This document shows positions 26,611-40,164 of a DNA stretch of 64,000 bases, piece after piece. The notes under the pieces were generated by a model, which had not been told where the DNA came from, did not search any database, and was given only the letters and a program-made list of their open reading frames with translations. Position 1 is the first letter of the stretch. Each line of letters starts with the position of its first letter. The stretch lies in the NCBI GenBank assembly GCA_951406725.2, contig OX597826.1:28520001-28584000 (forward strand), in the 5' to 3' direction. Position numbers and translations under genes: made by a program. This DNA comes from Octopus vulgaris. Its lineage: Eukaryota.

Positions 26611-26812
26611 AACTGATTAGATTTTGATCCGATCCGATACTGGACAAGGATTCTGGATTATTTTTCCTTTTTTTTTTTTTTTATTTAATCTTAAGTATTC
26701 TCGTTTGTGAGAGCACTCGAGCATATTTCCGATATTCTCATTTAAAAAATCCTCACTGGTTAACCGTTGAGAGGACGTTGGTGGAGGTTTGCAGTCTCTG
26801 AGTGCTCTTGTT
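26611..26812 (+). mobile_element. Possible Helitron/Helentron-type non-autonomous element end
   Basis: gatccgatccgat repeats and terminal ttggtggaggtttgcagtctctgagtgctcttgtt resemble, from memory, ends of rolling-circle non-autonomous repeats. Unverified. Confidence 0.35.
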
Positions 26813-27367
26813 ATAATTATTAATACAATGTATTGTGATATTAATACGATGTTTGTAAGGCTGGCACAGACGGTAACATGCTGGGCAGTAATTAATTTCG
26901 TTGATTAACGATGAAGTTCAAATCCTGCCAGTTAGTTTAAACATTGCGTTTTATCCCACCGTTTGTCAGCAAGGTGCAACACCATCTGTGTGTGTGTGTA
27001 TGTAAGGAGACATTATATTATGCAATAGCCCCAAAGAGTTACCAACTGACCTGAATACACCAAAACCTAAACAGCGTAGTAGAAAGAAAGGGCATAACAG
27101 AACTTTTCGCTTAACAAGATACAAGATTACATGGTATGAAAATACTCCGGGACAACATGAGACCTTTTGAGGTAAGGAATCTCTTAGGAGGATTTCGGAA
27201 TGCATAAAGAAATTAGCGAAGTTGTGAGATTTTAGTACAAATTTGAGAAGTTACTGAAAGATAAAAATTTGCAATGAAAATGTCAGTCATGTTTGGAAAA
27301 TGAACAAGGAAACTTAAGCTAACAGCGACATCTTTATAGACACACAATCTCTCTCTCTCTCGCTCGC

Positions 27368-27422
<55 letters not shown>

Positions 27423-27919
27423 GCTGCTTATTTATACGTGTGTTTGTGGAGGCGAATGCCATGGTTTCATATCGACGCTTTATCGGTTGAACGAATATCA
27501 ACCTTGATGACAACGTGAAAGACCGATGGCGTAGGGTTCCATACGGAGTGCCTCTGTGTTCTTAAAAATCCCACTTCATTATAACAAAATACTGCGTTCT
27601 GCGGTACCGCGTGATCCATTGAGTAAGTTATTCCTAATATATAAATTAATTTACAAGCACATACAACACACACACACACACCATATACTAATGTGGGTAT
27701 GTTTATGTACACTTGTGTATGTTGTATACATTCGTATATTGGCGTAATTGTGGATAAACTATTGTTTTGTGTATGCGCGCGTGTCCGTGCGTATATGTAT
27801 ACATTGGTTAGCGCGAAACTCTGACGAGCGATGCAGGGAAACCTCAACTCACTGAATATACTCAGTTACATGTTAAGAGTACTGAACTTGTAAACTCAAA
27901 ATTTGCGTGAGCGTGCGTG

Positions 27920-27945
27920 TGTATATATATACATATACACACACA

Positions 27946-27990
<45 letters not shown>

Positions 27991-28145
27991 CACACACACA
28001 TGATATATATATATATACACATATACACACATGATATATATATATACACACACACATGATATATATATATATACATACACACATGATATATATATATATA
28101 CACACACACATACACACATGATATATATATATACACACACACATG

Positions 28146-28178
<33 letters not shown>

Positions 28179-28180
28179 TG

Positions 28181-28217
<37 letters not shown>

Positions 28218-28238
28218 TGATATATATATACACACACG

Positions 28239-28269
<31 letters not shown>

Positions 28270-28279
28270 GATACACACA

Positions 28280-28322
<43 letters not shown>
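27920..28322. repeat. Compound minisatellite [(AC)n ATG (AT)n]
   Basis: More than a dozen units of acacacatg(at)n. Confidence 0.9.
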
Positions 28323-28323
<1 letters not shown>

Positions 28324-28684
28324 TGACACATATGCATATGTATGTATGCATGTATCTGTTTGTGTGTGTTCTAAATATTGATTAGCTTCGATATTTCGAA
28401 AGAAAGTTACGGTTGGAATGGCAGGCATAAGCGGTGAGTCTTGTGAGGGGTTAGAGATGGAAGCTAAGCAGACCAAACAAGTTTTTTTTTTATTCCAAGC
28501 TGAAAGATTTCTAGTTTTTTGGCAATTATATTCTATTCTATTTTATTTATTTATTTTACGTAAGAGCGGAAACATTCAAGGTTCGCAGGATTTCTAACTT
28601 TCTTGCCAGTGGTTACACATTCACAGAAATATATTCACCCTCTCTCCATCGTTCCTTCACCCCAGAGAGAGAAAGGGCGAGAGA

Positions 28685-28736
<52 letters not shown>

Positions 28737-30596
28737 TAAGGGTTCTTCATTATCACGTGCCTTTTGGAAACGCACAGATTAAATTGCAAACGCATATACA
28801 TACAGAAAGCATAAGGGTGTATACTTAAGACGTAAACGAGAAAGCAACAGACATTTGTATATTCAGACGCACGCATACATTATACAAACATCATGACACC
28901 CAGGCACACTGTTTGTGTGTGTGTAGTATGCGTGTGCCGTTGCAGGTCTAAAGAGAAATATCTCTGTACGCTATGTTAGTTGTCATGATTCCGCATTGCA
29001 TTTACCTGAAAAGAGACTTTTATGCAACAGTCCTGGCAGCAGAAGCCGCAAATCACCAGCAGAGCTCAAAAGTCATCTTCGCTTTGGAGTTTATTGAAAA
29101 GCAATGGTTACATCTATTAGTGACCTACCTTCCATCATACATACATACATGTGTGCATATATCGTTCACAAAATATCTCGTGGTATCTCTCCCGGCTTTT
29201 AACTTTCGAATCCAAATCGAGCAATGAGTAACACCGCCGCCTCATACGCTTCTGGGGTCGATAAATTAAAGTATCCACTAACCCACTTCCTTGCCGGTCT
29301 TCAGCCTGTATTCGAACCAATTCTGAGTGAATTGCAGTGTAAGAATTTAGCAAAGGTGTGTTATAAAGTATGGAAGCACAGCCAAAATGAAAAAGATTAG
29401 AACCAATCAGTGATACCCACAATCTGGATGTATTAACTTTCATGGGAATAATCTTTTCTACAGCAGACACAAAGCCTGAAAAGTTGGCGGGGCTAGTCGA
29501 TTACATCGGGACAAGTCTTGGCTACGAGGTAATAAAGTTCTCCTGCACAAGATACTTTTATTTATAAAAATGTGACGGTAAACGCTCAGCGCAATGTGCC
29601 AAGCTGCAGCACTTCTCCAACTCTAACGATGTCCTACATTTTTTGCCAAGTAGAGAGCTTTTTTTCTATTTTTCAACCTTGACAAACTTTATATAACTCT
29701 AGGTTACAAACGTCTGGTTTTGGTTCAGATGATTATTATTAATAAATCATGCTAAAACTATGCGGATGCCGTCTTGCGCTACATTCCCATACAGTGAACC
29801 AAAACCGACCGACACTTGTGGCCTGCTCCAGTGAATGAAATACTAACGGGTGGTCTTGTACCAGAAAGTAGACCTCGAAAACCTACATTTTAAATTGGAG
29901 GAATTATCTAGCTTTTTTTTTTTATACACTCTGCTGCCTTACACACAGCGACATCTCTCGCTCTCTCATACACACGCAAACTCACATATCCATGTATGTA
30001 TGTATGTATGTATGTATGTACACAGCAAGAGAGCGGGAGAGCGAGAGAATGTAATCTAATAACAGATAAACCAGGAAGTACGAATATTTTTGAGGTTTGT
30101 ACATACAACCATACACACATACATACATATATGTATGTGCACGTGCCTGTGTGTGTGTGTGTGAGCTTGTGTAATACTTGACATCAAGTCGACAGTACCA
30201 GAGTTACTAAGGTTCATGGAAAGAGGACGAAAGAGAAGAGAGAAAGCAAAGGATAAGGATAACAAAATAGATGGATAGAAAGGAAGAGAGGGAGAGAGAG
30301 AGAGGGAAGGAGAGAGAGAGAGAGGGGTTAGAGGGAATGACGAACAAAGAGAGAGATAGGGAGGAGAAGTGGAGAGAAAGAAAAAAGAGAGAGACAACGT
30401 GAGACGGTAAGAGGAAGTTTAGTCGATCGGATGTCTTGAAATGCGTAAAATAGTAAATTGAAGGAAATGACAAACTTGGCAAAGAATGGACGTGTGTGTG
30501 TATGGGTGGGTGTGTGTGTTGGAATGAATTTTTATCAGTGCCGTTATAAATAGACACCCAAAGACACTAGCACACACACACAATATATATATGGAC

Positions 30597-30658
<62 letters not shown>

Positions 30659-30737
30659 CATACATAAATAAATACATATATACACATACATACATACACA
30701 CAACCACACACACATATATATAAGGTGTGTGTGTGTA

Positions 30738-31045
30738 CAGGCATGTATGAAGCTTGCTTTCCAGCCATATGGTTCCGGGTTCAGTCCCACTGCGTGGTAC
30801 CTTGGCCAAGTCGCTTCTGCTATCGCCTCGGACAGAGCAAAGCCTTGTGAGTGGATTCGATAAACGAAACCTGTAAGAAGCCCGGCGTATGTGTTCACTA
30901 CATCGCTCGACAACCAATGATGGTGTGTTTGCATCCCTGTACATTAGCGGTTCGGCAAAAAAACCGATAGAGTATGTACTAGGCTTACAAAGAATAAGTC
31001 CAGAGGTCGATTTGTTCGACTAAAGGCGGTGCCCCAGTATGGCCG

Positions 31046-31050
<5 letters not shown>
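30738..31050 (+). mobile_element. SINE family A
   Basis: B-box, body and tail up to ggccgcagtc. Confidence 0.87.
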
Positions 31051-31137
<87 letters not shown>

Positions 31138-31842
31138 ACGCTGGCGCACTCGTGTGTGTGTGTGTGTGTATGCATGCATATGTATGTACAAAGAGGTCTA
31201 AATATACAAAGTCACGAGTGTGCGTATAAATTGAACACTAACCACCGCATGGGAGGGGGTATTTAAGAGATAGATAGATAGAGAAAGAGAGAGAGAGAGG
31301 CAGAATGCTTCAAGGTTCGGCGACACAATTACAAAAGAGACCAGAAGATGGATAGATACTAAGATAAATAATTTAACGGTTATATGAAGGAAGTGGTTAA
31401 GAAAATAAGGGTGGGGAGCAACGTTATGAGAGTATGCGCGCGACAGTTCGTGTGTAATATTGTGAGCGTGTGTGTAACACACACGTGTGCAAGCAAGTAT
31501 TTGTGGGTGTTTATGTATGTATGTTTGTGCTATAATTCTAGTGTTTGCTATATCGTGTTTTGTTGTATAGGAAAAACACGGACGGGTATGCGATAAACGG
31601 ACTCTGGGTACAGGGGAATGAATAGGAGATAACCAGAAACATCTAATTCTCACACAATGTGTGTGTGTGTACACACTCACTCTTCCTTTATTGCTGGTGT
31701 GAAAAAAGGTTCGATAACCACGGAGAAATAAATATCATTAAATGTATCATTTAGTACACAAGCTCGTCCGACAATTGTATTTAACAAAGGTATGAAACTT
31801 ATGGTAGCTAGTATTTAAATCCTGTCTATATTACCCTAAGGT

Positions 31843-32006
31843 TTTGCTTGTTTCAGTGACTGGACAGTGGTCATGCTTGGGCACCGCCTTGAAGCGTTTA
31901 GTCGAACATAGCAGCAGTACGTTCTCTACCAGTCTCTTTGTCGAATCGCTAAGTTTCGGAGTTAAGCAGTGGTGGTAAACAAAGACAGGAAAGCGCGCGT
32001 GGGGGC
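31843..32006 (-). mobile_element. SINE family A, decayed 3' part
   Basis: Reverse complement of the family A tail. Confidence 0.7.
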
Positions 32007-32232
32007 TCATCATATATATATATATATAAATGACAGAGAAAAAGAGAGTATAGAGTGAGTATGTATAGTTTTGATCCTCAAATATTTCTCTTCACTCAAC
32101 GTCATCCAGTTAACAATTTCCAAGAACTTTAGATAAAGTGAAAATGCCATATGAGTGGGGCGGACTCAAGGGTGATGGAGACACACGGCTAACGACATTA
32201 GCAGACTATTTATCTATCTATCTATCTCTCTA

Positions 32233-32271
<39 letters not shown>

Positions 32272-32284
32272 TCTGTTATTCGTA

Positions 32285-32559
32285 TCAGTCATTTGACCGC
32301 GGCCATGCTGGAGCACTGCCTTTTAGTCGAACAAATCGACCCCAGGATTTATTCTTCGTAAGCGATGGTGAGGGACAAGAGGGACAAACACAGACACACA
32401 ATACACACACACATACATACATATATATACAGGCTTCTTTCAGTTTCCGTCTACCAAATCCACTCACAAGGCTTTGGTCGGCTCGAGGCTATAGTAGAAC
32501 TGAACCCGGAGCCATGTGGTTTGTTAGCAAGCAATTTACCACACAGCCACTGATGCGCC
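32285..32559 (-). mobile_element. SINE family A with internal deletions
   Basis: Head at 32559, tail at 32285. Confidence 0.85.
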
Positions 32560-33059
32560 TAAAAATGTGCCCCAATATGTGTATGCATATCTGCGCTCTT
32601 CCTAAAGGACTAAAAGTATTTTTAACCCTTATTTCTAGCAATCTTGATACGTCGATACCTTCAGTCAATCTTAGTGACGATTTTTGCCTGTATGGTATCA
32701 CATTGCGCCAAGCTGTTTATATGTGTGTATGTGTGTGTGCGTGTGTGTGTGTTTCCTTGTACAAATAGGATAATTAAAACAATGCATGTTAAATGAGAAC
32801 ATACACTTGTTTAAATTCCGTCGGTTGTGTGTAGAGACAGACATGTCCATATATATCAGACGTAAGCTTAGACGAACAGGACTTGCATTTCTTTACTGAA
32901 TATATATGTGTGTGTGTGTGTGTGTGTGTAATGGAATACATACGCAAATATTTGTACACAGACACACGATCATATATATATTCCATTCGTAAGCAAATTT
33001 CCAAAACGGGAGAATGAAACGGAAGAATGTTGGACAATCCTAAGTGACAACACACGCAT

Positions 33060-33200
33060 TCCTGCATCAAGGAACTTGTGGTTTCACATACGAAATGAAC
33101 GAGAAGAACAACAAGAATATCTCCCAAAACAGGATTAATGAACTGGAAGGCCATTGGCCGAAGAGCCAACGCCAAGAACTCGGCAACAACAACAACAATA
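33060..33200 (+). pseudogene. Possible decayed RTE-clade LINE ORF C-terminal fragment
   Basis: LWFHI / MNEKNNKNI...EGHWPKSQ loosely resembles the RTE W.GHV.RM....G.RPRGRP region. Weak. Confidence 0.25.
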
Positions 33201-33339
33201 GCCACTCTTTAAATAATTTCTCACAAGGACAGCGAATGAGGAATGCTAGGAACAGGATACAACAGAGTAAGGCAAGCATAATACAAAAAATGCAACATCA
33301 CACACACGCAATGTAAAAAAACAGGAGATATGTTTCATA

Positions 33340-33587
33340 TATTATGCATATCACATGACTGATCAGGCTATCAGATGTTGTTACACATCGCTGCTCACAA
33401 TGCACATTTGCATTTGTTTTTGCGAGCAGGCCTACATGCCGCGCCCTTGATCGAAAAGAGGACTGGGGCAGCGTGAAATGATGCGTTTTTGCACAAGAAC
33501 ACAACGCACCGCGCACTCAGGGAATTGAACCCGCGATCTAGCGATCGCGAGTGCAACGGCCTTAACCACTAGGCCACGCGCCTTCAC
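33340..33587 (-). mobile_element. tRNA-headed SINE family C
   Basis: Head gtgaaggcgcgtggcctagtggttaagg, B-box ggttcaattccc, core ttgtgttcttg...catttcacgctgccccagtc. Confidence 0.8.
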
Positions 33588-33862
33588 ATGATGTATATAC
33601 ACCATGGAAATATGTCTTGCACAAGAGATACTATACAAAAGACGAGCAAAGGGTTAGAAAACGATACTACTACGGTATTTCACACAATTCGTAATACAAG
33701 TTCGGTGAAACGAGAGGACAACGAAATTTTAGAAAGTAAAATAAAATAATTAAAAATAATTACAAAATATTTTAGCAACGAAATAACATCCAACATCATA
33801 CAATGTGTGTCATTGTATTTTGTTAAACGATTGCCTGCGGAAAAGCAACAAATCGTATTCTT

Positions 33863-34238
33863 TTTTACTCTGGGCACAAGGCTCGAAATTTTGGGGGAGG
33901 AGGCCGTCGATTAGATATACACCAGTACGCAACTGGTACTTAATTTATCGACCCCGAAGGGACGGAGGGCAAAGTCGACCTCAGCGGAATTTGAATACAG
34001 AATGTGAAGACAGACGAAATACCTATTTCTTTACTACCCACAAGGGGCTTAAACACAGAGAGGACAAACAAGGACAGACAAACGGATTAAGTCGATTATA
34101 TCGACCCCAGTACCTAACTGGTACTTATTTAATCGACCCCGAAAGGATGAAAGGCAAGGTCGATCTCGGCGGAATTTGAACTCAGAACGTAATAGCATTT
34201 CACCCGGAGTGCTAACGTTTCTGCCAGCTCGCAACCTT
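33863..34238 (-). mobile_element. SINE family B, tandem/dimeric copy
   Basis: Same two-core architecture as 19686-20082. Confidence 0.85.
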
Positions 34239-34539
34239 AGAAACAAATTATATTACAGGAGATCACCATCTTGCTTTCACACATAACATTACGTTACGGT
34301 CCATACATACATGCAGAACATTACATACATATATTTATATATAATGTGTGAGTAGTCTTCTATATGTTACTGGTTTCAGTCATAGGACACCGGCCAAGCT
34401 GCAGCACCGCCGGGAAGGATTTTAATCAAACATAGCTTTAGACAATTCTTCGACTTTTCAAGATTCTTTCCCCTTCTCAAGTGGATCTGGTCTTCATCAC
34501 CATTTAGTAATTCCAATGCATTCTTTAAGGGCAGAGATA

Positions 34540-34747
34540 CTTTCGAAGTCATATAGACTCATAGGATCGGGTTTCCGGTTCCCGTGGCGAATATATATAT
34601 TCCCCACCTGGATGGGACGCTAGTCCGTCATAGGCTTACTTCTTTTCGCCAGCTAAGTGGACTGGAGTAACGTGAAATGAAGTTATTTTACTCGAGAATA
34701 CAACGCGTTGCCCGATTCAGGAATTGAAACCTTAATCTTAGGATCAT
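34540..34747 (-). mobile_element. SINE family C, 5'-truncated
   Basis: Core catttcacgttactccagtccacttagctggc; tail like the copy at 5311. Confidence 0.7.
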
Positions 34748-34838
34748 CACTCAGCTTTTGAGAAAGGCAAAGATAATTACAACGAGTCAAGAATTTATGT
34801 TATATAATATTTGATATATCTATATTAGCCTACGTTAT

Positions 34839-35221
34839 TCGTGGCACTCCGTCGGTTGCGACGACGAGGGTTCCAGGTAATCCGATCAACAAAACAGCCT
34901 GCTCGTAAAATTAACGTGCAAGTGGCTGAGCACTCCACAGACACGCGTACCCACAACGTAGTTCTCAGGGAGATTCAGCGTGACACAGAGTGTGACAAGG
35001 CTGGCCCTTTGAAATAAAAGTACAACAGAAACAGGAAGAAATAATGAGAGAAAGTTGTGGCGAAAGAGTACAACAGGGTTCGCCACCATCCCCTGCCGGA
35101 GCCTCGTGGAGCTTTAGGCGTTTTCACTCAATAAACACTCACAACCCCGGTTTGGAAATCGAAACCGCGAATCTGCGACCGCGAGTCTGCTGCCCTAACC
35201 ACTGGGTCATTGCGCCTCCAC
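34839..35221 (-). mobile_element. tRNA-headed SINE family D
   Basis: Head tggaggcgcaatgacccagtggttagggcagc, B-box ggtttcgatttcc, distinct body and tail. Confidence 0.78.
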
Positions 35222-35974
35222 TCTACGTTATTAAGGAACTGGATAACGAGTTATTCTCTTGGCTCAATTTTGTTTAAATTATTTCCTACCACGCTTCAAT
35301 ACTCGAAATGATTATATGAATGTATTATAGTTTCCTCCTTCCATTTTCTTGTGTTGACATTTAACTCAAGCCAGAACGTTTTCGTCTCCCAATATGCACC
35401 GTCTCAAATTCAAATTTGGAGCAAGTCTGGTGTACATAGCCATATTTATGCGATAGAAATCCTTTAAAGAAATACGTAGACATCTAAGACATATACATAC
35501 TGGAACAGTAAAAATATGTACCAAATATTCTAGGAATTTAGTTCGCAGAATGTACAATATACACGATTATACACACACACACGCGTATATGTATACATAT
35601 GCGTGTTTACGCGCACACACACGCGCGCGCACATATACAAGGCATATATATAAACAAGTATACAGATAGTATTACAAATGTATTTGTATATTTTGCTTAT
35701 TCTAGTTACTGAACTGCGGCCATGAGGGAGCACTGGTGGACAGGCACATAAGTAAAAAAATATACACATACACGTGCACACACAAACACACAGAGTTACA
35801 ACTGTGGCTGGAAGCATACGTACCTACATATGCGTAGATATATATACATACTGGATCCATACAATTGACTGCCCTCCATTTAACGATTGTCTATGTTCAA
35901 TAGATGGAAGTGGCTGATTGAGTGACGGCTAATTATTGTCATTCATTTTGTTTTTTGTTTTTTTCATTTGTATC

Positions 35975-36013
35975 TTCCTTCTGATGAAGGACTAGCGTCC
36001 GAAAAGTCTGGAC
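35975..36013 (+). ncRNA. Hammerhead ribozyme motif (Penelope-type), stem I degenerate
   Basis: CTGATGA 35981-35987, stem II ggac-tagc-gtcc, GAAA 36001-36004, GUC triplet; AATAAA about 45 nt downstream. Confidence 0.55.
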
Positions 36014-36346
36014 ATATTCCCTTCTTCGGGTGGAGGGGGGTTAAACCAATAAAAGATTGGTAAAACTTTGTATTTTCCGTGTTGTCTTCTTTTTCGTGGT
36101 CATTGCTTGATACACAAAATTTGATAGGTGACCTAACTTGGACTTGCAAAATATTCTTATCAAAAGAAAACAGTAACATGTACAGAATGCTGTAGTACTA
36201 ACAATTTAGTTATCCGGCTTAGATTTCCAGAGGCAGCTTAAAGAGGTATTTGCCAGGATTTATTTCATCACTATGTGCTCTCACTATTCGACTCCATGTA
36301 TATATGTGTGCATACACACACACACACACACACTCACAACAATTTC

Positions 36347-36650
36347 GCTTGTTTCATGCTGAAGCACCGCCTTAAAGGGTTTTAGTGAAAGAAATTGAAC
36401 CCAGGACATTCTTTGCAAGCCTAGAACTTATTCAATCAGTCTCGTTTGCAGAAAGGCTAGGTTACAGAGATGTAAACACACCAACACCGGTTTTCAAGCG
36501 ATGGCTGAGGGGCAAACAGACAGACAGACACACAAATACATACCTATACATACATACATATATATTTATATTATTTATCCGAAGAGACCCGGAACGGGTC
36601 GAAACCTGTGACGTATTAGATAAATTTTTTCCGTCTATTTTATTAATACT

Positions 36651-36685
<35 letters not shown>

Positions 36686-36848
36686 CACGACGTACTTCTT
36701 TCAGTTTCCGCCTACCAAATCCACTCACAAGGTTTTCGTTAGCCCGAGGCTATAGTAGAAGACACTTGCTCAAGGTGCCACGCAGTGGGACTGAATCCAG
36801 AACAATGTAGTTGGGAGGCAAGCTTCTTACCACACAGCCACGCCTGCA

Positions 36849-36850
<2 letters not shown>
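36347..36850 (-). mobile_element. SINE family A with an insertion in its internal microsatellite
   Basis: Head at 36850; body interrupted at roughly 36570-36652. Confidence 0.85.
36573..36625 (+). ncRNA. Degenerate hammerhead motif nested in the SINE A microsatellite
   Basis: atttatc/gataaat stem, (C)CGAAGA core, perfect stem II gaccc-ggaac-gggtc, GAAA; stem III is poor. Confidence 0.4.
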
Positions 36851-36896
<46 letters not shown>

Positions 36897-37284
36897 TAAG
36901 CTTGGCCCATACACATGTCCCATACGCAATTGTACGCGTATGGTCTACGTAACAACAAGCAAATAGCCTAGAACCTAATAACATCCTAATCCATCCAGAA
37001 ACCGAGTTCTTTCTGTTTTTTGGGGTTTTTTTTAATTTCACTTAGGTCAAAAAAATATGGAATACGTAATAGTTGCTTGTAATATTTCCACAAGGCTTCC
37101 TGTTGAGTAGGGGCTGGTTACTTATTATAATGATTCACTTACGCCTGAACTTTTCAGATCAAAATTTACAGCTGAAAACAGGTAGGTTGACCTGTACACC
37201 AAGACAACTTGTGGAGAACCAAAACCTCAATATGAGACGCAGCAGGATTTGGAAAGACAGTAGCGATCTTTTGAACTTTTACAC

Positions 37285-37707
37285 TACAAGTTTTCAAAAA
37301 GTAATGCCATTTTGTTTTAGGACAGGTATAATTACATTCACAGGAACATGTATCATGCATCAAAATGAAGCTGGTCCTCTGTGGATCACATCCCTACTTC
37401 TCAACATAGTCAATGTTTCTCTCAACAGTAATGTTCCACCTTCGAATGAGAGCATGTATCCCTGCTCCGTAAAATTCTGTTGACTGTTCTTTGAGCCACT
37501 TCCTCACTACAGTTTTCACATCAGACTATCCTCTTTTCGGCCCCATTATTCCATTATTCCAGTGACGAGGAAGTGAAAACTGTAGTGAAGAAGTGGCTCA
37601 AAGAACAGTCAACAGAATTTTACGGAGCAGGGATACATGCTCTCATTCGAAGGTGGAACATTGCTATTGAGAGAAACGGTGACTATGTTGAGAAATAGGG
37701 ATGTGAT
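37285..37707. mobile_element. Fold-back mariner (Tc1/mariner) relic
   Basis: Inverted duplication of the transposase 3' end (37385-37519 vs 37573-37707); TIR-like tacaagttttcaaaaagtaatgc at 37285. Confidence 0.85.
37520..37698 (+). pseudogene. Mariner transposase C-terminal fragment
   Basis: SDYPLFGP (cf. mariner PSDYHLF), then SDEEVKTVVKKWLKEQSTEFYGAGIHALIRRWNIAIERNGDYVEK* at 37561-37698. Confidence 0.9.
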
Positions 37708-37760
37708 TAATCTACGCAATCCAGTCCTTGTTTATTGAGCTTTAAAAGGGAAGAGTTTAC

Positions 37761-37802
37761 CAGCGACGTCGAAGTTTCGGATCGCACACCTTCGTCAGAC
37801 TG
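37761..37802 (-). ncRNA. Type I hammerhead ribozyme, near-intact
   Basis: CAGU-CUGACGA-a-GG..CC-GAAA-C(uucgac)G-UC-GCUG. Stem III ACTTCGACGT is one base from a palindrome; AATAAA lies downstream at 37731-37736. Confidence 0.65.
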
Positions 37803-38185
37803 TGCAAATTTTAGATATTGTCATAAAAACAACGTGCTTCAGGAAGTTATGCACAAAATACTAACACAAACAAATACACACACACATCCATATAATGTAG
37901 GTGTGAAGCTACATAAGTGGATCAAAAGCCCGGCGTTTCGTGCCTTACACTTACAGACCTTTCCAAGCTTGCTCATAAGTGCAACGCGTAAAATTCTTGG
38001 CTCTTGTGCAGCTTTACAGCTGTGTGTGTGTATCCATGAATATAAAGGAGTGTGAGCAAAAGTGGGTATACAGTAAGTATAACATCAATGTTATAATACT
38101 TAATTCATTAAAATTATTAGCATATTAAATTAGCCTCATTTTTTAAATATTTTCAGTGTCATTAATCATAATACATTCATCATAA

Positions 38186-38286
38186 ACGTTAGCACGTCTC
38201 TCTTTACGTTCTGAGTTCAAATTCCGCCGATGTCGACTTTGCCTTTCATCTTTACGTGGTCGATAAATTAAGTGCCAGTTGCGCAC

Positions 38287-38287
<1 letters not shown>
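38186..38287 (+). mobile_element. SINE family B fragment
   Basis: B-box and core. Confidence 0.8.
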
Positions 38288-38326
<39 letters not shown>

Positions 38327-38482
38327 TGGGGGATGGCTAATGACTGAATAAGAGAATGTAAGGGCATGTAAGGGTATATGCCTGTGTGATTCCATGTACC
38401 AATTCCCCACATGTAAAATTTTGGTATATTGTGATAAAAAAAATACACTTCATAAAATCATACACAATACGCAAACTAACTC

Positions 38483-38514
<32 letters not shown>

Positions 38515-38911
38515 CACACGCTGTCTACATACATGTTATAGGTTTAATCTGAAACGTAATCTTGGTTCGGATGTCAAGCATTTAAGGTAGGGTACGTCAA
38601 ACCCACCCATGTTGTACACACACACACCAGCGGCTCTGTACGAATTCTGTTACCCAGATACGACGTGTATATGTATTTTTGTTGTGTGTGTAGACACACT
38701 GTGTGTATATGTCGTGTTGTTTGCGTATGTTTTTATAGAGATTGCATCTCAGATAAGGCTGTGACATAGGTGTATACACACGTATATATACAGTGTCGTG
38801 TCTGCGTGTGTATGTGTATATGAGTTTGTATGTGCGTGTGTGTAAGTGTGGCTATTATGTTCTGAGATATATAGACAGACACATGGATTGATTGACAGAC
38901 AGACAGGCAAG

Positions 38912-38979
<68 letters not shown>

Positions 38980-38995
38980 TTTCGGTAAAAGTTTA

Positions 38996-39073
38996 TGACG
39001 TCATGATAAAGTGTGAGACAGATAATTTCTCACCTGTCCAACAAACCTCAACACACAATTATGACTGACGTCA
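38996..39073. promoter_or_regulatory. Pair of perfect CRE palindromes
   Basis: TGACGTCA at 38996-39003 and 39066-39073. Motif match only. Confidence 0.3.
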
Positions 39074-39254
39074 TGCACTTATACCGAAATATTGCACAAT
39101 ACATATAAAATAAATATAAATCACACACACACATTTATACATACATAAAACACACACACACATATATACATATATAAATTGTATATATATATATATGTGT
39201 GTGTGTGTATGAATGTAGATAGATCTGTATGTGTGTGTGTGTGTCTCGCTCTCT

Positions 39255-39297
<43 letters not shown>

Positions 39298-39885
39298 TAT
39301 ATGTATACACACATATTCACTACATATGTATATCTAATTTGCAATATATTTGCACGTACATACCCACATTTGCAGTTCTGCATTTACATATTAACATATA
39401 TACACATCATCACATACATAGTTGTAGACGTAAAAATACACACCCATCCACCCACCCCACACACACACACATTCCATTTTGTATCAAAAGGAATTTTATT
39501 TTCATTCTATTTTAATCTTCTCAACTGATAAAAGTTTAATCAGAGAAAAACCAAGACGAGAATCAACAGAATTTTAATGTGTCAGAAATATGGACCGGAC
39601 AAATTCTTAAACGCCGTTTTCAATAACCCAACAAAATTAACCATATATTTGTCTTAACTTTTATTTTATTTTATCATACGTGTGAGTGGAGATAGAGAAA
39701 CGGGAAGAGAGAGGGAGAGAGAGAAAGAAAGAAAGATAAGTTGAATGCGAAAAATAACAGCCAAATCTAATCAAAATTAACGCTATTTCTTTAATTATAA
39801 CAGAGGGCCTGAGGCGAAGTAGTTCTAGATACACCGTGACACAGTGTACCAGAAAACGAAAACATTAAGGTCACGCTTGGAAGGC

Positions 39886-40164
39886 TTATTCTATCGGTCT
39901 CTTTTGCCGAACCGCTAAGTTACGGGGGACGTAAACACAGCACCATCAGTTGTCAAGCGATGTTGGGGGACAAACACAGACACACAAACATATACACACA
40001 CATATATACGACGGGCTTCTTTCACTTTCCGTCTACCAAATCCACTCAAGGCTTTGGTCGGCCCGAGGCAATAGTTTACTTGCCCACGGTGCCACGCAGT
40101 GGGACTGTACCCGGAACCGTGTGGTTGGTAAGCAAGCCACTTACAACACAGCCACTCCTGCGCC
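39886..40164 (-). mobile_element. SINE family A, 3'-truncated
   Basis: Head at 40164; body matches the family. Confidence 0.88.
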
